Numbered from the stretch's first letter, positions 19,731 to 27,978 are shown. The stretch is 64,000 bases of DNA from Holophagales bacterium (GCA_009837885.1 VXSP01000015.1:14065-78064), one strand, 5' to 3'. Numbers and translations are program-made. The notes: generated by a model not told the origin, from the sequence alone.

Positions 19731-19992
19731 GTAGGCGAGGGCACGCCCGAAGATGCGCAGGACTTCCCGGAACGGGATGTCGGTCTGTGTGTCGAGCGCG
19801 CTCGCCGAACGATCGAGCGCCTTCTCTCCCTCTCGGAGCCTTGCCCGCCAGGACTGCGGGCGGCGCGGGAGTCGCGGGGCGGCTGCCGGCTGCGTCAGAT
19901 CGACTCCGAGAGCAGTGCGCCGAGCAACAGGAGTGCGGTTTGCTGTCTCATGGTGTGCGTCCCGTGAGTCATTAGAGTTGCACGATTCCAGG

Positions 19993-21630
19993 ATGTCTAT
20001 TGTTCCGCTGCAGTCGCCGTCGAGATTGAGCGTATCCGCGCCGTCGCTTCTGCTTGCGGGGCTACTGACCTTCGTCGTTGCCTGCGCGCCCGAGAGTCGC
20101 GCCGATCGGCTGGAGTCCGCCGGCCTGAAGGCGCGCCCGCCCGCGGTCGGCGGTCCGCGCTACGGCGGCCACTTGCGGGTGGGCCACTCTCTGGAGCCCA
20201 CGTCGCTCGACGCGATTCTGGGCCGGTCGGGCGCCGACGCCTACTTCTGGCGGCAGATCTTCGATCAACTGGTCGACGCGGACCCGCAGCTCAATCCGCG
20301 GCCGGAGACCTCGCTCGCGACGTCCTGGGAGATCGCGACGGATCCCGACTCGATCACCTTCCACCTGCGGGAGGGCGTCGTCTTCCATGACGGCACTCCC
20401 TTCAATGCCCATGCGGTCAAGGCCAACATCGAGCGGATTCTGGACCCCGCGACCGTCGCGACGCCGCGCGCATCGCTGGCGGTGATCGAGGGGGTCGAGG
20501 TGATCGACGAGTACACGGTGCGCTTCGACCTGGCCGGGCCTTGGGGCGCGGGTTTCGGCATGCTGGCCGACCGTGGCGGTGTGATGAGCTCGCCGGCCGC
20601 GATCGAGGCGCTCGGCGCCGACTACGGCTGGAGCCCATCGGGAACCGGGCCGTTCCGGGTGAAGGAAGTGATCACCGGCACCCTCGTGCATTTCGTGCGG
20701 AACGAGGACTACTGGGGCCGCGACGAGCACGGCAACCAGCTTCCGTATCTCGACGAGGTCACGGTCCGGGTGATCCGCGACGAGACCGTCCGCGCCGCGG
20801 CCCTGCGCACGGGCGAGATCGACGTCACCTACCTGCCCTACAAGGACGTTTCGACCTTCGAGCGGGACGAGCGGGTCCGGATCGAGACGATGCCGGGAGG
20901 AGGCATTGCGCTGACGCTGGTCTTCAATGTCGACAAGCCGCCGCTCGACGACGTGAACGTCCGGCTGGCGATCGCCCACGCGGTCGACCCGACCGTGATC
21001 AACAGGGCGATCTTCTTCGACCGCGCGATCGAGGCCGACGCGGGCATGTGGCCGGTGGGTTCCTGGGTCCACGAGCCGGACGGCGAACGGCCCACCTACG
21101 ACGTCGACAAGGCCCGGCAGTACCTCGCGAAGGCGGGGCGGGAGAGCGGCCTGGAGTTCACGGCGGTCACCCACCACAACCCGCTGCTCGTTTCGAGCGC
21201 CGAGGTGGTGAGGGCGATGCTGAAGAAGATCGGCATCCACATGGACATCGACGTGCTGTCCAGCGGCCCGGCGACCGAGAGGTTCAACCACGGCCAGGAA
21301 TACCCGATGTTCATCACCTCCTGGAGCCGCTATCCCGAGCCGGACTGGATGGCGTCGCTGGCCTACAAGAGCGACGGGTACTACAACCCGGGCAACGTGC
21401 TGCGGCCGGACGTCGACGAGCTGGTGGAGCTGGGCGCCTCGCTCTACGACAACGAGGCCCGCAAGCAGGTCTACATCGAGCTCAACCGGACCGTGCTAGG
21501 CGAGGCCTGGTTCACGCCGCTGCTCTACGGCGTGACGTTCGCGGCGGCACCCGGGAGGGTGCGCAACCTCGACCAGTTGATGGGCTGGGACGGCAAGATG
21601 AACTTCGCGACGATCTGGCTGGAGGAGTAG
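19993..21630 (+). CDS. ABC transporter substrate-binding lipoprotein, family 5 (peptide/nickel/oligosaccharide, DppA/OppA-like)
   Basis: The start is at M81 of the tracked ORF (MSIVPLQSPSRLSVSAPSLLLAGLLTFVVAC, lipoprotein signal). It shows typical SBP_bac_5 length and composition and is followed by two permease genes. Confidence 0.8.
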   Translation: MSIVPLQSPSRLSVSAPSLLLAGLLTFVVACAPESRADRLESAGLKARPPAVGGPRYGGHLRVGHSLEPTSLDAILGRSGADAYFWRQIFDQLVDADPQLNPRPETSLATSWEIATDPDSITFHLREGVVFHDGTPFNAHAVKANIERILDPATVATPRASLAVIEGVEVIDEYTVRFDLAGPWGAGFGMLADRGGVMSSPAAIEALGADYGWSPSGTGPFRVKEVITGTLVHFVRNEDYWGRDEHGNQLPYLDEVTVRVIRDETVRAAALRTGEIDVTYLPYKDVSTFERDERVRIETMPGGGIALTLVFNVDKPPLDDVNVRLAIAHAVDPTVINRAIFFDRAIEADAGMWPVGSWVHEPDGERPTYDVDKARQYLAKAGRESGLEFTAVTHHNPLLVSSAEVVRAMLKKIGIHMDIDVLSSGPATERFNHGQEYPMFITSWSRYPEPDWMASLAYKSDGYYNPGNVLRPDVDELVELGASLYDNEARKQVYIELNRTVLGEAWFTPLLYGVTFAAAPGRVRNLDQLMGWDGKMNFATIWLEE

Positions 21631-21640
21631 CACCCGCCAT

Positions 21641-22594
21641 ATGCGCAGCTTCCTCGCGCGCCGCCTGTTGCAGGCGGTGCCCGTTCTCCTCCTGGTCACG
21701 TTCCTGGTGTTCGCGCTGATGCTCGCGATTCCGGGCGACCCGGCGCGGGCGTTCATCGGGCCCGGCGAGGCGCTCGACGAAGAGCAGTTGCAGCTCATCC
21801 GCGAACGTCACCACCTGGACGAACCGGTGATCGTCCAGTACCTGATCTGGCTCGGCAACGTCCTCCAGGGCGACTTCGGCCGTTCGACCCAGAACATGCG
21901 CCCGGTGGCGGAGGAACTCGGCGGCCGGGCTCTGGTGACCCTGCAGTTCGGCCTCGCGGCCTGGATTCTCGCGGTGCTGGTCGGCGTGCCGGCCGGCATT
22001 GCATCGGCGGTCTATCGCGGCAAACCGATCGACTACGCGGCGACGGTGGTCTCGATCGGCGGGGTCGCCATCCCGAACTTCTGGCTCGGCATCATGGCGA
22101 TCCTGCTCTTCGGCGTGGGGCTCGGCTGGCTGCCGAGCCAGGGCTACGTGAGCCTCTTCGACGACCCGCTGCAGAGCCTGCGCCACATGGTCCTGCCGGC
22201 GTTCGCCCTCGGTGTCACGAGCTGCGCGCTGATCATGCGGCAGAGCCGCTCGGCCATGCTCGAGGTGCTTGCCCAGGACTACCTGCGTACCTCTCGTGCC
22301 CGGGGGTCGAGGGAGCGCACCGTGATCTGGTCGCATGCCCTGCGCAACGCGCTGCTGCCGGTCATCACGATTCTCGGCCTGCAGACGGGCCGCATCTTCG
22401 CCGGGGCGATCGTCATCGAGACGCTCTTCGGCATCCCCGGCACCGGCCAGTACATCGTGCAGGCGATCTTCGCCCGCGACTTCCTGGTCGTGCAGGCGGC
22501 GGTGCTGCTGATGGCGGTCGCCGTGCTCGCCGCGAATCTCGTCACCGACCTCGCCTGCGCCTGGCTCGACCCGAGGATCAAGTTCGGTGACTAG
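21641..22594 (+). CDS. ABC transporter permease (DppB/OppB-like)
   Basis: 317 aa, 6 TM. The N-terminus MRSFLARRLLQAVPVLLLVTFLVFALMLAIPGDP is typical, and the EAA-like loop is present (DYLRTSRARGSRERTVIW). Confidence 0.85.
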   Translation: MRSFLARRLLQAVPVLLLVTFLVFALMLAIPGDPARAFIGPGEALDEEQLQLIRERHHLDEPVIVQYLIWLGNVLQGDFGRSTQNMRPVAEELGGRALVTLQFGLAAWILAVLVGVPAGIASAVYRGKPIDYAATVVSIGGVAIPNFWLGIMAILLFGVGLGWLPSQGYVSLFDDPLQSLRHMVLPAFALGVTSCALIMRQSRSAMLEVLAQDYLRTSRARGSRERTVIWSHALRNALLPVITILGLQTGRIFAGAIVIETLFGIPGTGQYIVQAIFARDFLVVQAAVLLMAVAVLAANLVTDLACAWLDPRIKFGD

Positions 22595-23567
22595 GAATGT
22601 GCGCCGCAAGACCGGGTACGCCGCCGCCCCGGCCAACCGGGTGCTGTCGATTGGGTGCGCCGGCGTCCCCGCCGGCATCCGGCGCGAAGCGCCGGCCTCT
22701 GGAGGCGCTGCTCCGCCCAGCCACCCGACCCTCGAGCTGCTGCGCAAGCTCGCCTCTGTGCCCCAGGCGCTGGCCGGCCTCGTCGTGCTGGCGCTGATCG
22801 CCGCGGCGGCGGTGCTGGCGCCCTGGATCGTCCCCGTCGACGCCGAGGAGATGGACTTCGACAACCTGCTCTCGGGCCCGAGCGCCGCGCACTGGCTCGG
22901 CTCGGACCAGATGGGCCGCGACACGCTGGCCCGGCTGATCGTCGGCGCGCGGATCGCGCTGTCCGTCAGCCTTGGCGCCGTCGGCCTCGGCGTGTTGCTG
23001 GGAGTGCCTCTCGGCCTGCTGTCGGTCTACTTCCGCGGCCGCGTCGACGACGTGCTGATGCGGCTCATGGACGCGCTGGTCACGTTCCCCAGCCTGCTGA
23101 TCGCGGTCGGTCTGGCCGCCGCCCTCGGCGGCTCGCTCCGCACCGTGATCATCGCCATCGGCATCGCGAACGTGCCGTGGATGGCCAGGATCGTTCGCAG
23201 CCAGGGGCTCTCCATCCGCGAGCGGGACTTCGTCAAGGCCGCGGAGTCGCTCGGCCTCAGCCACCCGCGCATCATCCTGCGCCACATCCTGCCCAACTGC
23301 ATCGCCCCGGTCATCGTCCAGAGCACCCTCAGCATGGGCTACGCGGTGCTGACCGAAGCCGCCCTCGGCTTCGTCGGCGTCGGCATCCAGCCGCCCACGC
23401 CGACCTGGGGCAACATGCTCCAGCAGGCCTTCCCGATGCTCGAGCAGCAGCCGCTGCTTTCGATCGTCCCGGGCGTGGCGATCTTCCTGCTGGTGCTGTC
23501 GTTCAACTGCGTGGGGGACGCGCTGCGGGATCTGCTGGATCCGCGGCTGCGGGGGGTGATTCACTAA
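22587..23567 (+). CDS. ABC transporter permease (DppC/OppC-like); its 5' region contains a REP copy, so the true start may be the GTG near 22758
   Basis: 326 aa. A GTG start overlaps the dppB-like stop. The conserved core begins at ~LELLRKLASVPQALAGLVVLALIAAAAVLAPWIVPVD, and the EAA loop is FVKAAESLGLSHPRIILRHILPN. Residues 20-40 (GCAGVPAGIRREAPASGG) are encoded by a reverse-oriented REP. Confidence 0.8.
   Translation: MTRNVRRKTGYAAAPANRVLSIGCAGVPAGIRREAPASGGAAPPSHPTLELLRKLASVPQALAGLVVLALIAAAAVLAPWIVPVDAEEMDFDNLLSGPSAAHWLGSDQMGRDTLARLIVGARIALSVSLGAVGLGVLLGVPLGLLSVYFRGRVDDVLMRLMDALVTFPSLLIAVGLAAALGGSLRTVIIAIGIANVPWMARIVRSQGLSIRERDFVKAAESLGLSHPRIILRHILPNCIAPVIVQSTLSMGYAVLTEAALGFVGVGIQPPTPTWGNMLQQAFPMLEQQPLLSIVPGVAIFLLVLSFNCVGDALRDLLDPRLRGVIH
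22653..22706 (-). repeat. REP-like double-hairpin repeat (full-length copy, reverse orientation) inside the tracked dppC-like ORF
   Basis: The reverse complement reads GGCCGGCGCTTCGCGCCGGATGCCGGCGGGGACGCCGGCGCACCCAAT, with both stem-loops (CCGGCGC-TTC-GCGCCGG and TGCCGGCG-GGGA-CGCCGGCA). Confidence 0.8.
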
Positions 23568-23569
23568 CC

Positions 23570-23917
23570 ATGACCGAGACCGTGACGATTCCGAAGGCCG
23601 AGTATCAACGATTGTCTGCCGTCGAGGAAGATCACGCCGACATCCGGGCCGTGCTCGCCGTGCAGGCGAGAGTGGACGCCGGGACCGAGGAGCTCGTGCC
23701 CGCCGCGATGGTCAGCCGTCTGATCGATGGCGAGTCGCCGTTACGGGTCTGGCGCGAGTACCGTGGCCTCTCGCAGGCCGCTCTGGCCCGCACAGCTGAT
23801 ACGAGTCGTGTCCAGATCGTTGACATCGAAGCCGGTCGCCGAACTGGCTCCGTGCGCACGCTTCGCCGGCTCGCTGACGCCCTCGGTGTCGGCTTGGACG
23901 ACGTCGTTCCAGGCTAG
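23570..23917 (+). CDS. HTH-XRE family antitoxin-like protein (C-terminal helix-turn-helix), copy 1
   Basis: 115 aa. ESPLRVWREYRGLSQAALARTADTSRVQIVDIEAGRR is an XRE-type HTH. The start is 2 bp after the dppC-like stop. It is ~70% identical to 24934-25245. No toxin partner is recognisable. Confidence 0.65.
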   Translation: MTETVTIPKAEYQRLSAVEEDHADIRAVLAVQARVDAGTEELVPAAMVSRLIDGESPLRVWREYRGLSQAALARTADTSRVQIVDIEAGRRTGSVRTLRRLADALGVGLDDVVPG

Positions 23918-23981
23918 CTTCGGCGGCTCGCCGGTTCGTAGCGGTTTGTCGCCGTGTATTCTGAGCGAAGGAGGTAGTGGA

Positions 23982-24251
23982 GTGAGGGCCGAGAAGGTTG
24001 AACTTGGAATGCAGTACTTGGAGGAGGCTGTGATGGAGGTGCTTCTGGAGGCGGCGCAAGGCGACGAGTGCCTGGGTCCGGCTGAGGTCACTCTTCGCGC
24101 CGGCCTCTATCGGGGCACCTTTCTGAAGAACGCTATCGCTGCCGGCACGCTCAACAAGCTCCTGGAGGAAGGCCGTGTCGTCCGCTGCCTACAGGCAAAC
24201 GGAAGGGGGGGCTGGAAGGCAGCAGCGGTTGACCCGGACAGTCTCTCGTGA
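23982..24251 (+). CDS. Small hypothetical protein (about 89 aa)
   Basis: A GTG start sits 8 nt after a strong RBS (GAAGGAGG). Codon usage is coding-like. Sequence: ...MQYLEEAVMEVLLEAAQGDECLGPAEVTLRAGLYRGTFLKNAIAAGTLNKLLEEGRVVRCLQ... with no recognised domain. Confidence 0.35.
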   Translation: MRAEKVELGMQYLEEAVMEVLLEAAQGDECLGPAEVTLRAGLYRGTFLKNAIAAGTLNKLLEEGRVVRCLQANGRGGWKAAAVDPDSLS

Positions 24252-24365
24252 GTGCTTGATTCGAACCAAGCGACCACGCGAGCAGATGACACGGATAGGC
24301 GGCCGGAGAGCTCGACGGCGTGAACGCCTTGGCTGAGTGCTCCGGCGCACGCCTCGCCGCCTTCT

Positions 24366-24602
24366 TCAACCCCCGTACACAAAATCCGTTCCTAGCTCAC
24401 CGGCTATCCCTGCGGCGTGGAGTTCGACGAAGAAACGGACGGCGGAGCAGTGTCGGAGGGTTCGGGCGGCGGCTTCCGCGACTTCGCGGTCGCACGCGTA
24501 GTGCAGCTCGCCTTCGGCGGAAGTTTGGGCCTCCTCGAGGACGTGTTCGAGAGCGTGGAGCAGTTGGGGCGTGATGGAGGGACTGGCGATTGGTTTGCTC
24601 AT
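24366..24602 (-). CDS. Small hypothetical protein (78 aa), divergent from the RHH gene
   Basis: The minus-strand ORF shows GC3-rich codon usage. No recognisable motif. Weak call. Confidence 0.25.
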   Translation of the reverse strand: MSKPIASPSITPQLLHALEHVLEEAQTSAEGELHYACDREVAEAAARTLRHCSAVRFFVELHAAGIAGELGTDFVYGG

Positions 24603-24658
24603 TGGTGATCCTTCTGTTCGTGGTGGAGGCGGGAGGTGACGCTCATTAGGAGGTCGAA

Positions 24659-24868
24659 GTGGCGATTGTGATCAACGCGAAGCTGGACGAAGCCGTCTGG
24701 AACGAGCTTCGCGGCTTGGCGAGAGCGACGGGACGGGACGTTTCGGTAGTGCTCTCCGAAGCGGTTGAGGAGTACCTGGCGCGGCGCCGCGCGCGGCCCG
24801 ATGTGCGTCAGCATCTGGAGGGCTCTTTATCCGAGAACGAGGGATTGGGGAAGCTCCTCGCACGGTAG
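24659..24868 (+). CDS. Ribbon-helix-helix (CopG/ParD-like) small DNA-binding protein
   Basis: 69 aa. A GTG start sits 5 nt after the RBS AGGAGG. The N-terminal beta-strand IVINAKLDEAVWNEL followed by helices (GRDVSVVLSEAVEEYLARR) is RHH-like. Confidence 0.5.
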   Translation: MAIVINAKLDEAVWNELRGLARATGRDVSVVLSEAVEEYLARRRARPDVRQHLEGSLSENEGLGKLLAR

Positions 24869-24933
24869 CCCTGTCTGCGGCGCCCGTCGCGGGCCGCGAG
24901 TAGCCTGGACGGGGCAGCGACCCGCGTCTTCTG

Positions 24934-25245
24934 GTGAAGGCGCTCCGCAACGTGGCGGAGTTCGAGGAGGATCAGGCCGCGCTCGCCGTTCAGGCGCGAA
25001 TCGACGGCGGAATCGAGGAGTTCGTGCCCGGGACGGTCGTCAGCCGGCTAGTCGACGGCGAGTCTCCGCTGCGCGTCTGGCGCGAGTACCGTGGTCTCTC
25101 GCAGGCCGCCCTGGCTCGCGCCGCGAGCACGAGCCGTGCCCAGATCGTTGACATTGAGGCGGGGCGTCGAACCGTCAGCGCCCACACGCTCCGCCGGCTT
25201 GCTGGTGCTCTGGGTATAGAGCCGGACGACATCGTTTCGGGCTGA
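24934..25245 (+). CDS. HTH-XRE family antitoxin-like protein, copy 2 (paralog of 23570-23917)
   Basis: 103 aa. ESPLRVWREYRGLSQAALARAASTSRAQIVDIEAGRR is nearly identical in its HTH core to copy 1. Confidence 0.65.
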   Translation: MKALRNVAEFEEDQAALAVQARIDGGIEEFVPGTVVSRLVDGESPLRVWREYRGLSQAALARAASTSRAQIVDIEAGRRTVSAHTLRRLAGALGIEPDDIVSG

Positions 25246-25298
25246 CCGGGGCGAAGCGAACGACCGATGAAGCCGTTTCTCGAAACGAGAACGGAGAA

Positions 25299-26084
25299 AT
25301 GAGAATCGCGACCTGGTGCATTGGCGGGGTTCTCGGTCGTCTGGAGTTCCTCTGCCATTGGCTCGAACGGCGGCTGCCCGATGTCGTGGCTCTGCAGAAG
25401 ATCCGCGTTTCCGAGGAGAAGTTCCCGGCCGAAGCGCTGGCGGGTGTGGGCTACCGTTCCGAACCGCTTCGCAGGGAGTCGTGGTATGGCGTTGCGTTGC
25501 TGGCTCGGAACGATGGGCCGAAGCCCAAGATTCTGGACAGGGGGCTTCCGCCTGGCGACAGTCCAGACGACGATGGGTTCCTGACCGCTCGAATCGGTGA
25601 TCTCGTCGTTTCCTCCGTGTACGCGCCTTTCGGCGATCCCAAGAGGCGTGGAAGAGCAGGTGCTCTGGCGTACAAGGTCGCTTGGCTGGGTCGCCTGATC
25701 GCACACCTCAAAGAGCAACGGACTGGCCGGGATCGTTTGGTGCTGTGCGGCGACTTCAACGTGCTGCCCGATGTTCCGGCCAAGCGCGGCGTTCTGAACT
25801 GCACTTCGGACGAGAAGAAGCAGCTACAGGAGATCCTCGATACCGGGTTCGTTGACCTCTACAAGCCCGTCGGCCCACTTTCGGGCGCGGGTCTCAACTA
25901 TGGCTTCAACCCCAAGCTGGCACCGACGGCGAGGCTGCAGCTGGTGCTTGGCAGCAAGAGCATGGCGGATTCCGTGGCTTCCGCGTGGGTCGATCTGGAG
26001 TACCGGAGGCCGGTCGATGGGCTGCCGGGCCGGAAGTGGCCGGCCAGCGCTCCCTTGATCGTGGACTTGGCTGATCCGGCCTAG
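25299..26084 (+). CDS. Exonuclease III / EEP-family homolog with a degenerate active site (probable pseudo-nuclease)
   Basis: 261 aa, alignable to E. coli ExoIII: MRIATW..., WYGVALL and LCGDFNVLPD (the GDxN block) are conserved. The catalytic positions are substituted: N7 to C (TWCIGG), E34 to K (LQKIRV), D229 to Q (RLQLVL) and D258/H259 to A/S (WPASAPL). Confidence 0.75.
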   Translation: MRIATWCIGGVLGRLEFLCHWLERRLPDVVALQKIRVSEEKFPAEALAGVGYRSEPLRRESWYGVALLARNDGPKPKILDRGLPPGDSPDDDGFLTARIGDLVVSSVYAPFGDPKRRGRAGALAYKVAWLGRLIAHLKEQRTGRDRLVLCGDFNVLPDVPAKRGVLNCTSDEKKQLQEILDTGFVDLYKPVGPLSGAGLNYGFNPKLAPTARLQLVLGSKSMADSVASAWVDLEYRRPVDGLPGRKWPASAPLIVDLADPA

Positions 26085-26129
26085 CGGTGGTCAGCCGGCG
26101 TAGACCAGGGCGGGGGATGGAGGAACTCA

Positions 26130-26357
26130 CTACCTTTCATGAGCTTCCTCACGCGTCCAGGAACGCTCGGAACCGTAGCTTTCCTCGGCCCAGAGCGCGT
26201 CCAGCCGTGCGACCACGGCTTCGGAGTCGTCCGTGCGGGTGAGATCGTGGAGGTAGTCCCGCACGAGCTGGTTCAGGCTGGTTCCCCGCAGGGCGGCGAT
26301 CCGTCGGGCCTCGGCGACTATCCGGTCGTCGAGGGACAGTGTGACGTCCATGAGCAC
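26130..26357 (-). CDS. VapB/FitA-like ribbon-helix-helix antitoxin (solitary)
   Basis: 75 aa: MDVTLSLDDRIVAEARRIAALRGTSLNQLVRDYL is the classic RHH antitoxin N-terminus. Downstream on its strand is the convergent EEP-like gene, so it has no toxin. Confidence 0.5.
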   Translation of the reverse strand: MLMDVTLSLDDRIVAEARRIAALRGTSLNQLVRDYLHDLTRTDDSEAVVARLDALWAEESYGSERSWTREEAHER

Positions 26358-26396
26358 AGGCTAGGTATGGACGGGGTCCGCGTCAACTGAAAGAGC

Positions 26397-26430
26397 CAGA
26401 GCCGGCGGGGACGCCGGCGCACCCAGTCTG
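26397..26430 (+). repeat. REP-like repeat, partial copy (right stem-loop only)
   Basis: AGCCGGCGGGGACGCCGGCGCACCCAGTCTG, lying between the sulfatase stop and the RHH gene start. Confidence 0.75.
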
Positions 26431-26458
26431 GACAGTCGAGGTTCTCCGGCGGAGATTC

Positions 26459-27832
26459 CTAGCTGTCACGCCCCGAAGGCAGCACCCGGCCCTCTGGGTA
26501 GTCGGCGCCGGTGACGCTCTTGTCGACGGACCGGTTCCAGGCATCCAGCTCCGCCCGCATGCGGGCGGCGAGTTCGGGCTGCTGCTCGATCAGGTTGTCC
26601 TCTTCCCCGGGATCGTCGATCACGTTGTAGAGCTCGAAGGGATCGGTCGGGTCGGAGAAGTAGTTCCGCACCAGTTTGACCTGGTTGTCCAGCCAGGCGA
26701 GACCGCCGCTGGCGCGGAAGCCGATGGGCTGCTCCCGGCGGGCGGGCTCGGACTCGAACACGCGGACAATGGAGATGCCGTCGTGGACCTCGTTGATCGA
26801 CGACGGGTCGAGCCCGGCGACCTCGATCAGGGTCGGGAAGATGTCCATCGTGCTGGCGGGGAAACTCGTGATCCTCGGGGCGATGCCGCCTGGCCATTCG
26901 ATGATCGTCGGCACGCGCAGGCCGCCCTCGTAGAAGTCCTTCTTGAAGCCGCGCAGGTGGCCGGTGGTGTCGGGGCGGACGCCGGGATGCTCGGGGCCGT
27001 AGGAGATGTCGGGCAGGCCGCCGTTGTCGCTGGTGAACCAGACCAGGGTGTTGTCGGCGATTCCGAGTTCACGCAGGCCCTCGCGGAGAGCGCCGATGGA
27101 GCGGTCCATCGCGACGATCTCGGCGTGGTGCGTCCTGGAGGCATCGTCCAGCGCCGTGAAGGGCTGCTCGTCTTCCGGCAGGGCGGCGAACGGCCGGTGC
27201 GGTGAGGCGTACCAGATCACCGCGAACACCGGCTTCCCGCTCTCCCGCTGCTCCGAGATGTAGCGCAGCGCTTCGGCGACCAGGATCTCCGACGAATCGC
27301 CCTCGAACTGCTTCGGCACTCCGTTCTGACTGAAGACGGGGTCCAGGTTGAACTGGTTCGTGTGGCTCAGCCAGTAGCCGAAGCCGAGTTCGCCGGGATT
27401 GTGGGGGTCGTCCGCGGGCATCGGATTGTCGCCGCTTGGATGGACCTGGTTCAGGTGCCACTTGCCGAAGTGGGCCGTGGCGTATCCAGCCTGCCGGAAT
27501 GCCGTGGCGAGCGACTTCTCCTGTTTGTTGATCGAGTCGCCGACGCGGAAGGCCCCTGTGCGATCGTTAGTGCGCCCGGTCAACACCGTCGCCCGGGTCG
27601 GGGTGCAGCTCGGCGCGCCGGCGTAGAACCGGTCCATGCGGAGGCCAGCGCCGGCCATCGCGTCGAGGTGGGGCGTCTGGAGCAGTGGATGGCCGTAGTA
27701 GCCGGTCTGCGCCCAGCCCATGTCGTCGGCCATGAGGAGGACGACGTTGGGCGGATCGTTCTCGGCTGCGGGCTGGCAGGCGAGAACCGCGAAGAGCGGC
27801 AGGGGGAGGAATCGGGGAAGAGACTTCAGCAT
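26459..27832 (-). CDS. Sulfatase (formylglycine-dependent arylsulfatase family), secreted
   Basis: 457 aa. Signal peptide. The sulfatase signature is SCTPTRATVLTGR (C-x-P-x-R), with NVVLLMADDMGW as the metal-binding start and GKWHL. Confidence 0.9.
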   Translation of the reverse strand: MLKSLPRFLPLPLFAVLACQPAAENDPPNVVLLMADDMGWAQTGYYGHPLLQTPHLDAMAGAGLRMDRFYAGAPSCTPTRATVLTGRTNDRTGAFRVGDSINKQEKSLATAFRQAGYATAHFGKWHLNQVHPSGDNPMPADDPHNPGELGFGYWLSHTNQFNLDPVFSQNGVPKQFEGDSSEILVAEALRYISEQRESGKPVFAVIWYASPHRPFAALPEDEQPFTALDDASRTHHAEIVAMDRSIGALREGLRELGIADNTLVWFTSDNGGLPDISYGPEHPGVRPDTTGHLRGFKKDFYEGGLRVPTIIEWPGGIAPRITSFPASTMDIFPTLIEVAGLDPSSINEVHDGISIVRVFESEPARREQPIGFRASGGLAWLDNQVKLVRNYFSDPTDPFELYNVIDDPGEEDNLIEQQPELAARMRAELDAWNRSVDKSVTGADYPEGRVLPSGRDS

Positions 27833-27850
27833 GGGGTGGTTCCTGGACTT

Positions 27851-27901
27851 CCGGAATTCCGCTGTCCGGATGCCGGCGGGGGCGCCGGCGCACCCAGTGT
27901 G
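27851..27901 (+). repeat. REP-like repeat (variant left arm)
   Basis: CCGGAATTCCGCTGTCCGGATGCCGGCGGGGGCGCCGGCGCACCCAGTGTG, in the divergent spacer between the sulfatase and the DUF2911-like gene. Confidence 0.8.
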
Positions 27902-27978
27902 AGCTTCTACACGGACTACGGGTTTCCGTCTATCCTACGGTCGCGAGCGAACAGAACACTCTCTAGCTGGAGGACGAC

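Noticed and set aside
22587-22757. Possibility that the REP-encoded segment of the dppC-like gene is simply 5'-UTR
   Set aside because: Not fully rejected. A GTG near 22758 would give a normal DppC N-terminus and make the REP intergenic. I kept the tracked start because it overlaps the upstream stop in typical operon fashion, and flagged the ambiguity.
24417-24608. Plus-strand 63-aa ORF overlapping the minus-strand small ORF at 24366-24602
   Set aside because: Gly/Asp-rich and out of keeping with local codon usage. The minus-strand ORF is marginally more coding-like, though both are weak.
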